From contig CALBJW010000011.1 of NCBI GenBank assembly GCA_937893145.1, positions 682 through 64,681 on the forward strand: DNA of 64,000 nucleotides. Direction: 5' to 3'. Origin of the DNA: an uncultured Prevotellaceae bacterium. Its GTDB lineage: Bacteria > Bacteroidota > Bacteroidia > Bacteroidales > Bacteroidaceae. The translations under genes and the position numbers were made by a program. The number at the start of each line of letters is the position of its first letter. Position 1 is the first letter of the stretch. Positions 9,538-18,872 of this stretch are shown piece by piece. The notes beneath the pieces were generated by a model. That model ran no database searches, was not told where the DNA came from, and saw nothing but the letters and a program-made list of their open reading frames with translations.

Positions 9538-9754
9538 AGCTATAAAAATTAATAAAATAAGTTAGCTTCGATTAGTCCATACATTAAGAGTTAGATAGCT
9601 GCTTGGAGTTAGTTAAGAGCCAGTTTCACTACAAAACGTATCAGAGTCGTCTATAATTTTTGCAAAAATACAGATATTATTCCTAAAAACAAAGCGTTAT
9701 ACACCTTATTTTATATATAAAGGCCCTCTTTCCATCGAAAGAGAGCCTAAAATG

Positions 9755-10786
9755 CTAGTTATTTATGTTTTTTGACAAGTCTTCGGAGAGTTGGGAAGCT
9801 TGCGTGCCTTTCGCCACAATCTTATGCTTTTTGTCAATCAAGAAATATGTGGGCACTTCGCTTACACCAATCTGCTTAAACGGTTTGGAGTCGAAAGCAC
9901 GAGGGTCGCAATAATGCTCAATGGTGGTGAGGCTATCAAAACGAGTCATGTTGCGCCAGCGGTCATATTCATTGTCGATTGAGAAAGCCACGATACGCAA
10001 CTGCGACTTGGTGTTGTCATTGGATGCCTGTCGAAGCTTACTCATGAACTCGTACGATGATGTTATCCATGTGGTCCAGCAAAGGAAAAGGGTAAGCTGA
10101 CTATCGGTCGTGGACCAGAGTGCGGTCTTCTTCCCTTCCACACCTGGTAATTTGACATCAGGGAATGTGTCGCCGATGTTCAGTCCCTTGATAGCCTTGA
10201 CCTGAGCCTCAAGAGTCATGAAGTAAGGTTGTTCCTTGTGGACAGGACGAAGCATCTCAAGCACTTCGGTAAGCTCCTTATATGTAGTCTGTGCATTATG
10301 CACAAAGTAGCGTTCAAACAAATAAAGTGACACAACGGACTCAGCATGTTCGGACATGAAACGACGAGCCTTTGCTTGTGTGTCGGAATAGGAGGCATTC
10401 TGTATGTCGGAACGGAACTGATTCATCAGTTTGTTCTCTTCATTACCCGATGCCTTGTAGTTGTTGAGGGCACTTGAAACCGCATCGTACTCCACCTCAT
10501 CGCCAGGACCGATGAACACTACCTGTTCAAGGGCATTAGGGAAGAGGATGATGTAAGGGGTTGGTTCGGCTGCCACACCGCCGTAATGGAATTTGCCAGA
10601 CTCAATGCGCAGCGTGTCGAAACGTGCATTGTCGTCTAACGTATTGAAGATGTATATCTCACCGGTCTCCATACCGTCGATGGAACCGTTGAAACGAAAA
10701 GAATCACCACTTGGTCCGCACCCCACAAAAATGAGGAGTGCGGCAAGTGATGAAACGTAGAGTGATATTTTCTTATAAGAAATCAT
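9755..10786 (-). CDS. TlpA/thioredoxin-like lipoprotein (DUF4369-type N-domain) lacking the CxxC active site
   Basis: Lipoprotein signal ...LLIFVGCG. The fold pattern is TlpA-like, but the position of WCxxC reads LFLCWTTWITSSYEF. Confidence 0.6.
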   Translation of the reverse strand: MISYKKISLYVSSLAALLIFVGCGPSGDSFRFNGSIDGMETGEIYIFNTLDDNARFDTLRIESGKFHYGGVAAEPTPYIILFPNALEQVVFIGPGDEVEYDAVSSALNNYKASGNEENKLMNQFRSDIQNASYSDTQAKARRFMSEHAESVVSLYLFERYFVHNAQTTYKELTEVLEMLRPVHKEQPYFMTLEAQVKAIKGLNIGDTFPDVKLPGVEGKKTALWSTTDSQLTLFLCWTTWITSSYEFMSKLRQASNDNTKSQLRIVAFSIDNEYDRWRNMTRFDSLTTIEHYCDPRAFDSKPFKQIGVSEVPTYFLIDKKHKIVAKGTQASQLSEDLSKNINN

Positions 10787-12475
10787 TTACTTGAGAAGAC
10801 CACTGATAACTTCCTTGAAACCAGCGAACTCAACGTCGTTGAGTGCCTTAGAAGCGAGTGAACGATCGAGTGACACAGCCTTTGTGAGTGCTGAAGTGAG
10901 AGCTGTTGTGTCATTTGTACGAGCACCAAGGATAGCCTTGAGGTAATATGTGAGTGCATCTGGGTTCTTGATAGCGTCGATAGCTGACTTTGCACCAGCA
11001 TAGTTGTTAGCAAGAATCTGTGCAAGAGCTGCAGTGTTGTTGCTTGTCTTGTTGAGGAGAGTAGCTGCTTCACCATACTTACCATTGATGATGTTGAGGA
11101 GTGCTGTAGCCTCTTCGATGCCGTTTGCACCTGGAGCCTTAGCAAGGTACTGCTCTGCTGCAGCAAAGTTACCTTCCTGAATAGCGATGATACCAAGGTT
11201 TACGTTTGGTTCACCAGCTGTTGGGTTTACAGACTGAGCCTTAGCGATGTACTGCTTTGCAAGGTCGTTGTTACCTTCTGCAAGTGCAATAGAAGCGAGG
11301 TTGTTGAGTGAACGGTAGTCGTTTGGATAGAGTTCTACAGTCTTTGCATAAATCTTCTTTGCATCTGGAGTACCCTTTGTGAGAACACCACCTGCATAGA
11401 GGAGTTCTTCAACGCTGAGCTTAGAAGCATCGTCATCGAACTGAGCAACGATTTCCTCATCGCTACGACCGATAACATCGTAGTTGATGATCATACGTGA
11501 ACGACGGAGTTCAGGGAGAACTGCCTTAGCGAGGTCACCATAAACTGTTGAGATGTTGCGGATTTCCTGTTCACGCTGCTCTGGGTCCTGATACATAGAG
11601 AGAACACGGAGGATAACATCCTTGTCCTGAAGGTTTGACTGCGAAACGAGTTCCTGGAAACCTTCCCAGTCCTCAGCAGTATATTTCATGTTTACATCAC
11701 CATCAAGCTTCTGGCGACGGAGCTGCTGCTTAGCGTAGTTCTCAGAAACCTCACCACGACGCTCTGCAAGACGTTCGTTGATAGTGTATGCACCATCTGG
11801 AGAAGCGTAAGCACTTACGTCGATGTTCTTGAGAACGAGGCTGTGCTGGTCGTCCTTGATATTCTTGAGTGTAGCGATGAAGTCCTTAACTGTCTGGCCA
11901 TTGAGCTCTGAACCACGGAGGTTAGACTGACCGATAAGGAACTTGATGTTTGCTGCCTGCTTCTGGCTGATGATACGCTGGAAGTTGTCTGGTGCAGTAC
12001 CGAAGTTACCACTCTTTGCAGTCTCGCGAGCGAGAGCAGCAGTAGAGAGCACACCGTAACCAATCTTTACCTCTGGAGCCTTGAGAACCTTGTTGCCCTT
12101 CTTTGCCTCAAACTGCATGTAGAGGTCGCTTGCTGCCATAGCATCTGTGTAAGGGAATGATGTACGCATAGTTGCGTGACCACCGTTTGAGTAAGAGATG
12201 ACAGTGTTGTTAGCCTGTACCTTCTCGCCCTGGAATGTAGCACTGGCACCTACTGTCTGACCACCATTGTACTTGAGTACTGGAACACAAGTAACGACAG
12301 CCTTCTTTGGGAATGCCTTTGCTGGGATGTTAGCACTGATTGTTGCAGGAACCTCACCACCTACATACTCGAGTGGAGTTGGAGTAACCTGGAAGTTGTC
12401 TGCAGTGAGCTTGAGTTTGCTACAGCTTGCGAGCAATGCTACTGCTGGAAGAAGAAGATAAACGTTCTTTTTCAT
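10787..12475 (-). CDS. TPR-repeat lipoprotein
   Basis: Signal plus lipobox MKKNVYLLLPAVALLASCS. The C-terminal half has Ala/Asn/Leu-rich TPR-like repeats (YAKTVELYPNDYRSLNNLASIALAEGNNDLAKQYIAKAQSVNP...). Confidence 0.6.
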   Translation of the reverse strand: MKKNVYLLLPAVALLASCSKLKLTADNFQVTPTPLEYVGGEVPATISANIPAKAFPKKAVVTCVPVLKYNGGQTVGASATFQGEKVQANNTVISYSNGGHATMRTSFPYTDAMAASDLYMQFEAKKGNKVLKAPEVKIGYGVLSTAALARETAKSGNFGTAPDNFQRIISQKQAANIKFLIGQSNLRGSELNGQTVKDFIATLKNIKDDQHSLVLKNIDVSAYASPDGAYTINERLAERRGEVSENYAKQQLRRQKLDGDVNMKYTAEDWEGFQELVSQSNLQDKDVILRVLSMYQDPEQREQEIRNISTVYGDLAKAVLPELRRSRMIINYDVIGRSDEEIVAQFDDDASKLSVEELLYAGGVLTKGTPDAKKIYAKTVELYPNDYRSLNNLASIALAEGNNDLAKQYIAKAQSVNPTAGEPNVNLGIIAIQEGNFAAAEQYLAKAPGANGIEEATALLNIINGKYGEAATLLNKTSNNTAALAQILANNYAGAKSAIDAIKNPDALTYYLKAILGARTNDTTALTSALTKAVSLDRSLASKALNDVEFAGFKEVISGLLK

Positions 12476-12523
12476 TTGATTTGTTAATAATAGTGTTTTT
12501 AGTTTATAATTATAGTGTATTTA

Positions 12524-13753
12524 TCACTTCGTGAATTTCTTTGTCAATGTCTTGACTGGATACCAAACCGATGCGAAGCCCACAATGACTACTGTGGCAA
12601 AGACGAGCAACACATCTGTGAGGTGAACACTGACTGGATAAGCATTGATGATGTAGGCATCGGTATCAGCACCAAACTTGATGAGTCCGTACTTCTGCTG
12701 AATGAAGCAGAGCACAAGACCAAGAGCAAGACCAATGACTGCTCCGAGGAGGGAAATCATTCGACCTTCATACATGAAGATGTTGGCAATCTGCTTGTCG
12801 GAAGCACCGAGGTTGCGGAGTGTCACAGCATCATCCTTCTTGTCAATGATGAGCATTGAGAGTGAACCGATGATGTTGAAACATGCTATCATGAGGATGA
12901 ACGTGAGGAAGATGTACGATATGAACTTCTCGATGTTCATAATCTTAAAGGTGTCCTCCTGCTGCTCATAACGGTCCTGAATGATGTAGTCTTCACCAAG
13001 AATCTTCTTCAAGTTCGATTTTGCACCATCTATGCTTGTGCCTCCATTGAGACGAAGCTCTACGGCTGTCACATAACCATCACGTTCGAAGAGACGACGA
13101 GCGAAATCTATGCTTGTGAGGATATAGCTATTGTCATACTTGCTCTGTTTCACCATGAAGGTGGTACCAGACGAGAAGAGTTGTTCGTTGTTGAAACTCT
13201 CCGTTGGGTCCTGAAGGTCAATCTCCTCACCCTGTCGAGGTGCATATACCTCGATTGGAGTGTCAAAAACCTCCTGCGAGGTGAGTTGCTGAAGAAGTGT
13301 CGTACCAGGAATACCATAATCTATGACATCAAGTGTGAGTTCAAATGTTCCCTCACCCTGTAGGATGTCATCGATATGTGTCAGTTCCTCAAAGTTGTCA
13401 TCCACACCTTTCACCGTTGCCATCACCTGACGATTGTTGAGCATCAGTAGGGCTTGGTCCTCTATGGTCTCTGTATATACGGCAACATCCTTGTACGACT
13501 TGACCTTTCTCAGTTCTGGAGCATCAGCCTCCATGTACTTGCCCGTAGCAGGAGTAATCTTGAGCTGTGGATCGAAAGCAGTAAAAAGGTCTGCTACCAT
13601 GTCCTGAAAACCATTGAACACGCTAAGGATACAGATAAGTGCTGCCGTTGCTATTGCCACACCACACACCGACACACCACTAATGATATTAATGGCATGA
13701 TGCGACTTCTTCGAGAGAAGGTAACGGCGGGCTATGTAGAATGGGAATGACAT
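12524..13753 (-). CDS. FtsX-family ABC transporter permease (LolC/LolE-like)
   Basis: The N-terminus MSFPFYIARRYLLSKKSHHAINIISGVSVCGVAIATAALICILSVFNGF is canonical for LolE/FtsX permeases. There is a large periplasmic loop followed by 3 C-terminal TM segments. Confidence 0.8.
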   Translation of the reverse strand: MSFPFYIARRYLLSKKSHHAINIISGVSVCGVAIATAALICILSVFNGFQDMVADLFTAFDPQLKITPATGKYMEADAPELRKVKSYKDVAVYTETIEDQALLMLNNRQVMATVKGVDDNFEELTHIDDILQGEGTFELTLDVIDYGIPGTTLLQQLTSQEVFDTPIEVYAPRQGEEIDLQDPTESFNNEQLFSSGTTFMVKQSKYDNSYILTSIDFARRLFERDGYVTAVELRLNGGTSIDGAKSNLKKILGEDYIIQDRYEQQEDTFKIMNIEKFISYIFLTFILMIACFNIIGSLSMLIIDKKDDAVTLRNLGASDKQIANIFMYEGRMISLLGAVIGLALGLVLCFIQQKYGLIKFGADTDAYIINAYPVSVHLTDVLLVFATVVIVGFASVWYPVKTLTKKFTK

Positions 13754-14088
13754 TACTTATTAAGCAGGCGGTCGATGTTCTCAACATAGTCGAGAGAGTC
13801 ATCGATGAAGAACTTGAGTTCTGGGATGATACGAAGCTGATGGCGTTCAAGGTTGCCAAGAGCGAAGCGAATCTGACTTGTCTGCGCATTGATGTTCTCG
13901 AGTATCTCCTGTGCCTTGTCGGATGGGAAGATACTGAGGTATGCCTTTGCAACAGAGAGGTCTGGGCTGACACGAACTACCGACACCGAGATAAGGATAC
14001 CACGTGTCTGGCGTGTCTGCTGCTGGAAGATTGTGCTGAGGTCTTTCTGAATGAGACGAGCAATCTTATTTTGTCTTGTTGTTTCCAA
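13753..14088 (-). CDS. rbfA: Ribosome-binding factor A
   Basis: The 111-aa sequence RQNKIARLIQKDLSTIF...VSVVRVSPDLSVAKAYLSIFP...LRIIPELKFFIDDSLDY matches the RbfA pattern. Confidence 0.85.
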   Translation of the reverse strand: METTRQNKIARLIQKDLSTIFQQQTRQTRGILISVSVVRVSPDLSVAKAYLSIFPSDKAQEILENINAQTSQIRFALGNLERHQLRIIPELKFFIDDSLDYVENIDRLLNK

Positions 14089-14136
14089 TTATTTCTAAAG
14101 TTTATGAGTTTATAGGTTTATGAGTTTATTAAGTGT

Positions 14137-14166
14137 CCTCCCTTTTTGGGGGGATCAGAGGGGGAG
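14137..14166. repeat. GC-rich palindromic element copy (covers the OMT stop codon)
   Basis: cctccctttttggggggatcagagggggag. The last 5 OMT codons and its stop lie inside it. Confidence 0.55.
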
Positions 14167-14862
14167 CTTCTTTATTATTGTCAAGCCATCCCTCAGTGGC
14201 AAAATGACTTTCTCCACACGGGTATCTTTGGCTATGAAGTCGTTGAAAGCCTGTATGCCACGAGTTTGGAGGTCACATTCCTTAGGGTTCTTGTCAAGCA
14301 CATGTCCATCCCACAGGGTATTGTCTGCCAGGATATAACCACCAGGATTGAGATGTTTGAGCACGAGTTCGTAGTACTCAAGATAGATACGCTTGTCGGC
14401 ATCGATGAAAGCCAGGTCGAACTGAGTGTTCAGTTCTGGAACGATGTCGATAGCATCGCCGATGTGCATCGTGATGTTGTCGGCGTATGGTGAGTTCTTA
14501 AACCAAGGAAGTGTGAAGTCCTCCTGTTCATCGTTTATCTCAATGGTATGAAGATGGTACTCATCCTTGCCCCATCCCTCAGTCTTGGCCGCAGCAGCCT
14601 GACCTTCCGCAAGGCAAAGTCCCGAATATCCGCTATAAGTGCCAAGTTCGAGAATCTGCTTCGGACGAATCATCTCCACGAGCATCTTCAGTATTCTGCC
14701 TTGCAGGTGTCCACTCGCCATGCGTGAATAGAGCAGATGCAGATTGGTCGCACGGTAGAGCCTGTGCAGATACTCACCCTCAGGGTCGATATGCTGACGG
14801 ATGTACTCGTCTATATCATCCTGAAACTGCTGAACGTCGGAAATTAGTATGTCTTCTCGCAT
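14155..14862 (-). CDS. Class I SAM-dependent O-methyltransferase (family 3, caffeoyl-CoA OMT/YrrM-like)
   Basis: ILELGTYSGYSGLCLAEG (SAM motif I), FDLAFIDADK and GGYILADNTLWDG are present. The last codons (KKLPL*) run into a GC-rich palindromic element. Confidence 0.75.
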   Translation of the reverse strand: MREDILISDVQQFQDDIDEYIRQHIDPEGEYLHRLYRATNLHLLYSRMASGHLQGRILKMLVEMIRPKQILELGTYSGYSGLCLAEGQAAAAKTEGWGKDEYHLHTIEINDEQEDFTLPWFKNSPYADNITMHIGDAIDIVPELNTQFDLAFIDADKRIYLEYYELVLKHLNPGGYILADNTLWDGHVLDKNPKECDLQTRGIQAFNDFIAKDTRVEKVILPLRDGLTIIKKLPL

Positions 14863-15278
14863 TGTGCCAACAGTGCTTCTACTCCAAGTCTGTAACTATC
14901 CAATCCGAATCCACAAATCACACCAACACAAGCACACGAAATCATGCTCTTGTGGCGAAACTCCTCACGGGTATGCACATTCGAGATATGCACCTCAATG
15001 ACAGGAGTGTTCACGCCTCGGATAGCATCCTGCAGCGCAACGCTCGTATGAGTATAGGCACCAGCATTGAGCACTATACCATCCCACGAGAAGCCCACTT
15101 CATGAATCTTATTGATCATCTCGCCCTCCACATTCGACTGGAAATAGTCAAACTCCACCTCCGGGTAGCGTGCTTTCAGTTCCTCGTAATAGTCAAGAAA
15201 ACCGCGAGAACCATAAATGCCAGGTTCACGCTTACCAAGAAGGTTCAAATTCGGGCCATTAAGAATTAGAATCTTCAT
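14844..15278 (-). CDS. aroQ: Type II 3-dehydroquinate dehydratase
   Basis: MKILILNGPNLNLLGKREPGIYG...VLNAGAYTHTSVALQDAI...IEVHISNVHTREEFRH is present. I place the start at the internal Met (MKILIL), because a TACCTTTG -7 box lies just upstream. The ORF track extends the ORF to 15347. Confidence 0.85.
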   Translation of the reverse strand: MKILILNGPNLNLLGKREPGIYGSRGFLDYYEELKARYPEVEFDYFQSNVEGEMINKIHEVGFSWDGIVLNAGAYTHTSVALQDAIRGVNTPVIEVHISNVHTREEFRHKSMISCACVGVICGFGLDSYRLGVEALLAQCEKTY

Positions 15279-15394
15279 ATCTTTGTGTATAAATCGATTT
15301 ACCGTGCAAAGGTACAACATTTTTCTTAAAAGAAAAAAGAAATCCAAATAAATAGGTCAAAACTACTGGACTTTTTAAAAATTTTTGTTTTTAT

Positions 15395-15685
15395 AAAAGC
15401 TTTAAAAGTTCTACTAATCCACTTTTGGAAGCACCACTATCTGCAAGAAGCTTATGCTCCCGAACTGTACACATACGCAAGACCAAGAAATAAGATATAC
15501 TATCTTATCGCAGAAGATATACTATCTTATTTCAGAAGATATACTATCTTATTACCAAAACTTACGCATGTTTCTGTTCCAACCTGATCATATCGAACAG
15601 AAACATCCGGAAAATTTCAAAAAGTGTAGATTTGTCCGCTTCGACAAACCTATTCAAGTGAATTAGTAGAACTTTTAAAGCTTTT
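15395..15685. repeat. TIR-bounded 291-bp element (MITE-like or invertible segment)
   Basis: 24-bp perfect terminal inverted repeats aaaagctttaaaagttctactaat (15395-15418) and attagtagaacttttaaagctttt (15662-15685), extendable to 28 bp with 1 mismatch. The interior is 235-243 bp. Confidence 0.8.
15492..15552. repeat. Three tandem 22-bp-period copies of the palindrome AAGATA-TAC-TATCTT
   Basis: aagatatactatcttat starts at 15492, 15514 and 15536. Each copy is internally palindromic, so the array resembles an operator array. Confidence 0.85.
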
Positions 15686-15707
15686 TTTAAAACAATTTAT
15701 TTTTTAT

Positions 15708-16718
15708 TCAATTCTTCCGTACTATCAGTTTGTAGAAGAATCGAACTACCTTGCCGAGAGGGGTGTAGCGAATGCCCCAATCCTTGATGGCTTCGGTGAA
15801 GAGTTGTTCGATGTGTGGGTCTTTCTGCGGGTTATCTACCTTCACTAAATGGATTGGTTCTTGGAGAGGTTCGCGGTCGAATTCGTACCATTGGAGGAGG
15901 TCGAAGCTCTTGAAGTGGGTACCGTTCTTGAGACCTATGTTGCGAACCATAGTGCGAGAAGGGGTGAGGCAGAGTCCGCCAGCCTTGTAGATGGCGAGTT
16001 CCCAACAGATGTCCCAAGGGATAGGACGCTTGTCGAGACTCTTGAGGCATGGGAATACTCCTCCGTACTGGATGGCATTGATGTCATCGGGTGTCATGCC
16101 CTGGAGTGCTTCTTCGCGAGTGTTGAAGTGATGGAAATATTTCTGCCAGCGGTCACGCCATGTGCCCCATCCCCAACCTGATGGGTGAGGGGTGAAGTAG
16201 AAGCCCCTTCCTACCCCTCCACAAGGGGAGGGAACTCCACCCGGATGGTGATCGCTGCGCTTGGCTGTCCCCTCCCTTTGGGGGAGGGTTAGGGAGAGGT
16301 TTGTGAATCCACTCACATGCATAACCTTCTCTACATCTTGGTACATATCGAAGGCATCGTTCATGTATTGAAGGTAGTAGGGAGATGTGCAGATGTCGTC
16401 TTCGAGGACTATGATGCGGTCGTGAGTCTCGAAGACTTGGGCAATGCCTTCGGTGATGTTTCGTTCGAGGTAGATATTCTCTGGACGCTCTATAATGGTC
16501 ATGCTTCGGAGGGCATGAGTCTGATTGATATCTTTTTGAACCTTATGCAGATAGGTGCGCACTTCGTTCACCATGCGCCACGACTCTTCGTTCTTGCCTC
16601 CATCGGAGAAGACATAGAGGTCGGTCTCCGCAGCAAGGGTGTTGCGAAGAAGGTGTTCAATGGTCTTCTGGGTGTTGTCCGCACGATTATAAACGAACAT
16701 TGCTACGGGTGCTGTCAT
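15708..16718 (-). CDS. GT-A fold glycosyltransferase carrying an in-frame GC-palindrome insertion
   Basis: MFVYNRADNTQKTIEHLL...DLYVFSDGG...IIVLEDDI fits a DxD-type GT. Residues ...TLPQREGTAKRSDHHPGGVPSPCGGVGRGFYF... are encoded by two CCCCTCC(C)-N4-GGGGAGG(G) hairpins. Confidence 0.7.
   Translation of the reverse strand: MTAPVAMFVYNRADNTQKTIEHLLRNTLAAETDLYVFSDGGKNEESWRMVNEVRTYLHKVQKDINQTHALRSMTIIERPENIYLERNITEGIAQVFETHDRIIVLEDDICTSPYYLQYMNDAFDMYQDVEKVMHVSGFTNLSLTLPQREGTAKRSDHHPGGVPSPCGGVGRGFYFTPHPSGWGWGTWRDRWQKYFHHFNTREEALQGMTPDDINAIQYGGVFPCLKSLDKRPIPWDICWELAIYKAGGLCLTPSRTMVRNIGLKNGTHFKSFDLLQWYEFDREPLQEPIHLVKVDNPQKDPHIEQLFTEAIKDWGIRYTPLGKVVRFFYKLIVRKN
16214..16288. repeat. Two GC-rich hairpins inside the GT coding sequence
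   Basis: cccctcc-acaa-ggggagg (16214-16231) and cccctccc-tttg-ggggaggg (16269-16288). The reading frame is preserved. Confidence 0.8.
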
Positions 16719-17398
16719 AGATATTGTTCAAGGAGTTTGGTGTCCGACTTATATGTTATCTTCATGCAAGCCTCATCGCCATCAACGATGTGGACAGGGA
16801 TGTCGGGACGATAGCGGAGGACTATGCCGCAGTCGTCCGTTGCCTTGAAGTCTGGGTCTTGCAGTCCTATCTCGTAGGCATTGCGGATGATGCTGATGTC
16901 GAAGCCCTGTGGTGTCTGAGCGCGACGGAGGGTACTGCGGTCTGGCACACTCTTTATGATGCCATCTTCGATGAAGAGAATAGTATCAACTGATGGTTGT
17001 GCTACTCCTACAGCTTGACAAGTTTGAAGTTTCAGAACCACATCATCTATTATCTTCTGAGTGACAAGTGGGCGAGCCGCATCGTGGAAGATGAGGTTGC
17101 AGTCTTCATCCTTGTAAGCATTTATGGCAGAGAGACTTGAGTCGTAGCGTTCTTTGCCTCCTACGAGTATTCTTTGCAACTTCTTCCAACTGTTGTTTGA
17201 GGCTATTTCTTGCATAGTCTCTACATTGTCAGCACTTACCACAACGGCTACTTCATCAATATTCTCGTTCTTGTCAAATGCATCGATGGCATATTCGATG
17301 ACCATACGACCACGAATCTCAAGATATTGCTTCGGCACATTCGTACCCATTCTTTTGCCCGAACCTCCAGCCAAGACTATAGCGATGTTATGTTTCAT
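16715..17398 (-). CDS. IspD/TarI-family cytidylyltransferase (probably CDP-alditol/sugar-phosphate activation for the glycan locus)
   Basis: IAIVLAGGSGKRMGTNVPKQYL...FHDAARPLV...AQTPQGF are present. Its start and stop overlap the flanking flippase and GT genes, so they are co-transcribed. Confidence 0.75.
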   Translation of the reverse strand: MKHNIAIVLAGGSGKRMGTNVPKQYLEIRGRMVIEYAIDAFDKNENIDEVAVVVSADNVETMQEIASNNSWKKLQRILVGGKERYDSSLSAINAYKDEDCNLIFHDAARPLVTQKIIDDVVLKLQTCQAVGVAQPSVDTILFIEDGIIKSVPDRSTLRRAQTPQGFDISIIRNAYEIGLQDPDFKATDDCGIVLRYRPDIPVHIVDGDEACMKITYKSDTKLLEQYL

Positions 17399-18837
17399 TT
17401 TTTCTTCAATAAAAAGTTAAGACACTCCTTCAATATGTTTGCACCAAGCAACCACAACGCAGCAAAATAGATAAAAGCCGCGATAATAATGCGGGAGATG
17501 AGCAGAACATATAGATTTTCAATGCTTTGTGTTAGGAAATATGTTGCAATCATTGTACCTGCCGCTATTGTAAGGAAAGGCACAATGTCCTTGATGGCTT
17601 GAACGAAACCAAAACTTATCTCTCTCCACACAAAGAAATGCCAAACGCCAATCCACAACACTACGATGCAGACATACGCCCACACCATAGTTTCAACACT
17701 TCCCCCACACTGCTGAATGCCAAGTACGGTACTCAAAAGGATGACTCCCTGACAAATGACATTCCACATATATATATTGGACTTTCCACGAGAGATAATC
17801 ATGTTGAAATAGAGGGTTGCGATAGGGAGGAATGCTCCACCGATACAAAGTATTCGCATGAGATTGGCAGACTTGAGCCACTTGTCCGTGATGAGTGTCT
17901 CGATAAATTCTGGCGAGATAAGTGATAGCCCAAACATCACAGGAAAAGAAATGAAACAGGTGAACCTCAGCATCTTACTGAATGCTCGGCACAAGCGTTC
18001 TGGGTCATCGCCCACCTGTACGAATGTTGGTTGTGCCACTCCCTGTACCATACCTGTAATGGTTGATGCACCCATCGTATTCCACTTGTTTGCCTGATTG
18101 TATCGTCCTACTACATTCTTATCATAGAAACGACCAAGCACTACGGAGAAGATGTTGTTGTTCACTTGGTTAACGATGTTGGTAATGAGCATCTTGCTTG
18201 AGAATCCAAACATCTCACGGATTGGTTGGAACGACACTTTTAAGGATGGTTTCCAGCCACTCAACACCCAACTCAACACACTCACGCAGAGGTTGAAGGT
18301 GATGGTTTGTGTTGCCAATCCCCAGTATGCCATTCCTTTATAAGCCATAACGATACCTACCGTACCCGACACAAGCAATGATGTCAAACCCATTATAGCA
18401 AGTTCCTTCTGCTTTATCTGCTTTGCAAGTATGGCTCTTGGCACAATGCTGAACGAAGCAATGAAGAAACCGAAGAAGCAATAGCGCGATAATGGTAACA
18501 GCAAAGGTTCATTATAGAAGTCTGCTATGAGTGGAGCACACAGGAAGAACAGCACATAAAGCGAGAAACTGACACATATATTGAACCAAAATACGGAGTT
18601 GTAGTCCTTATGCGTAGCACCTTTCTTGTTGATTAAGGCTGTAACAAAACCACTATCCTGCAACGAGTTGGCAATAAGTGTGAAGATTGTCAACATACCG
18701 ATAAGACCGTAGTCCTCCTCACAGAGTTTACGAGCAAGCACAATGCCGAACACCGCATTCAGTATCTGCGTTGCCCCATTGTTGAGTGCTGCCCAAAAGA
18801 GTCCTTTCGCTGCCTTATCTTTAAGATTTTCTGCCAT
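17395..18837 (-). CDS. Wzx-type polysaccharide flippase (MOP superfamily)
   Basis: A 480-aa polytopic membrane protein. The N-terminus KGLFWAALNNGATQILNAVFGIVLARKL is typical of polysaccharide biosynthesis (Wzx) proteins. Confidence 0.75.
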   Translation of the reverse strand: MAENLKDKAAKGLFWAALNNGATQILNAVFGIVLARKLCEEDYGLIGMLTIFTLIANSLQDSGFVTALINKKGATHKDYNSVFWFNICVSFSLYVLFFLCAPLIADFYNEPLLLPLSRYCFFGFFIASFSIVPRAILAKQIKQKELAIMGLTSLLVSGTVGIVMAYKGMAYWGLATQTITFNLCVSVLSWVLSGWKPSLKVSFQPIREMFGFSSKMLITNIVNQVNNNIFSVVLGRFYDKNVVGRYNQANKWNTMGASTITGMVQGVAQPTFVQVGDDPERLCRAFSKMLRFTCFISFPVMFGLSLISPEFIETLITDKWLKSANLMRILCIGGAFLPIATLYFNMIISRGKSNIYMWNVICQGVILLSTVLGIQQCGGSVETMVWAYVCIVVLWIGVWHFFVWREISFGFVQAIKDIVPFLTIAAGTMIATYFLTQSIENLYVLLISRIIIAAFIYFAALWLLGANILKECLNFLLKKK

Positions 18838-18855
18838 TGTACATTTATTTTAGTG

Positions 18856-18863
18856 CAAAGATA
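18856..18863 (-). promoter_or_regulatory. -7 box TATCTTTG (minus strand) for the wzx operon
   Basis: Matches the Bacteroidetes TAnnTTTG consensus, about 20 nt upstream of the ATG. Confidence 0.5.
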
Positions 18864-18872
18864 ACTGTTTTA

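Noticed and set aside
16715-17398. Calling the cytidylyltransferase the MEP-pathway IspD because dxs is 8 kb away
   Set aside because: The gene overlaps a Wzx flippase and a GT in one operon on the opposite strand from dxs. That context favours a TarI-like sugar/alditol-phosphate activating enzyme. I cannot distinguish the two without a phylogeny, so I kept a family-level call.
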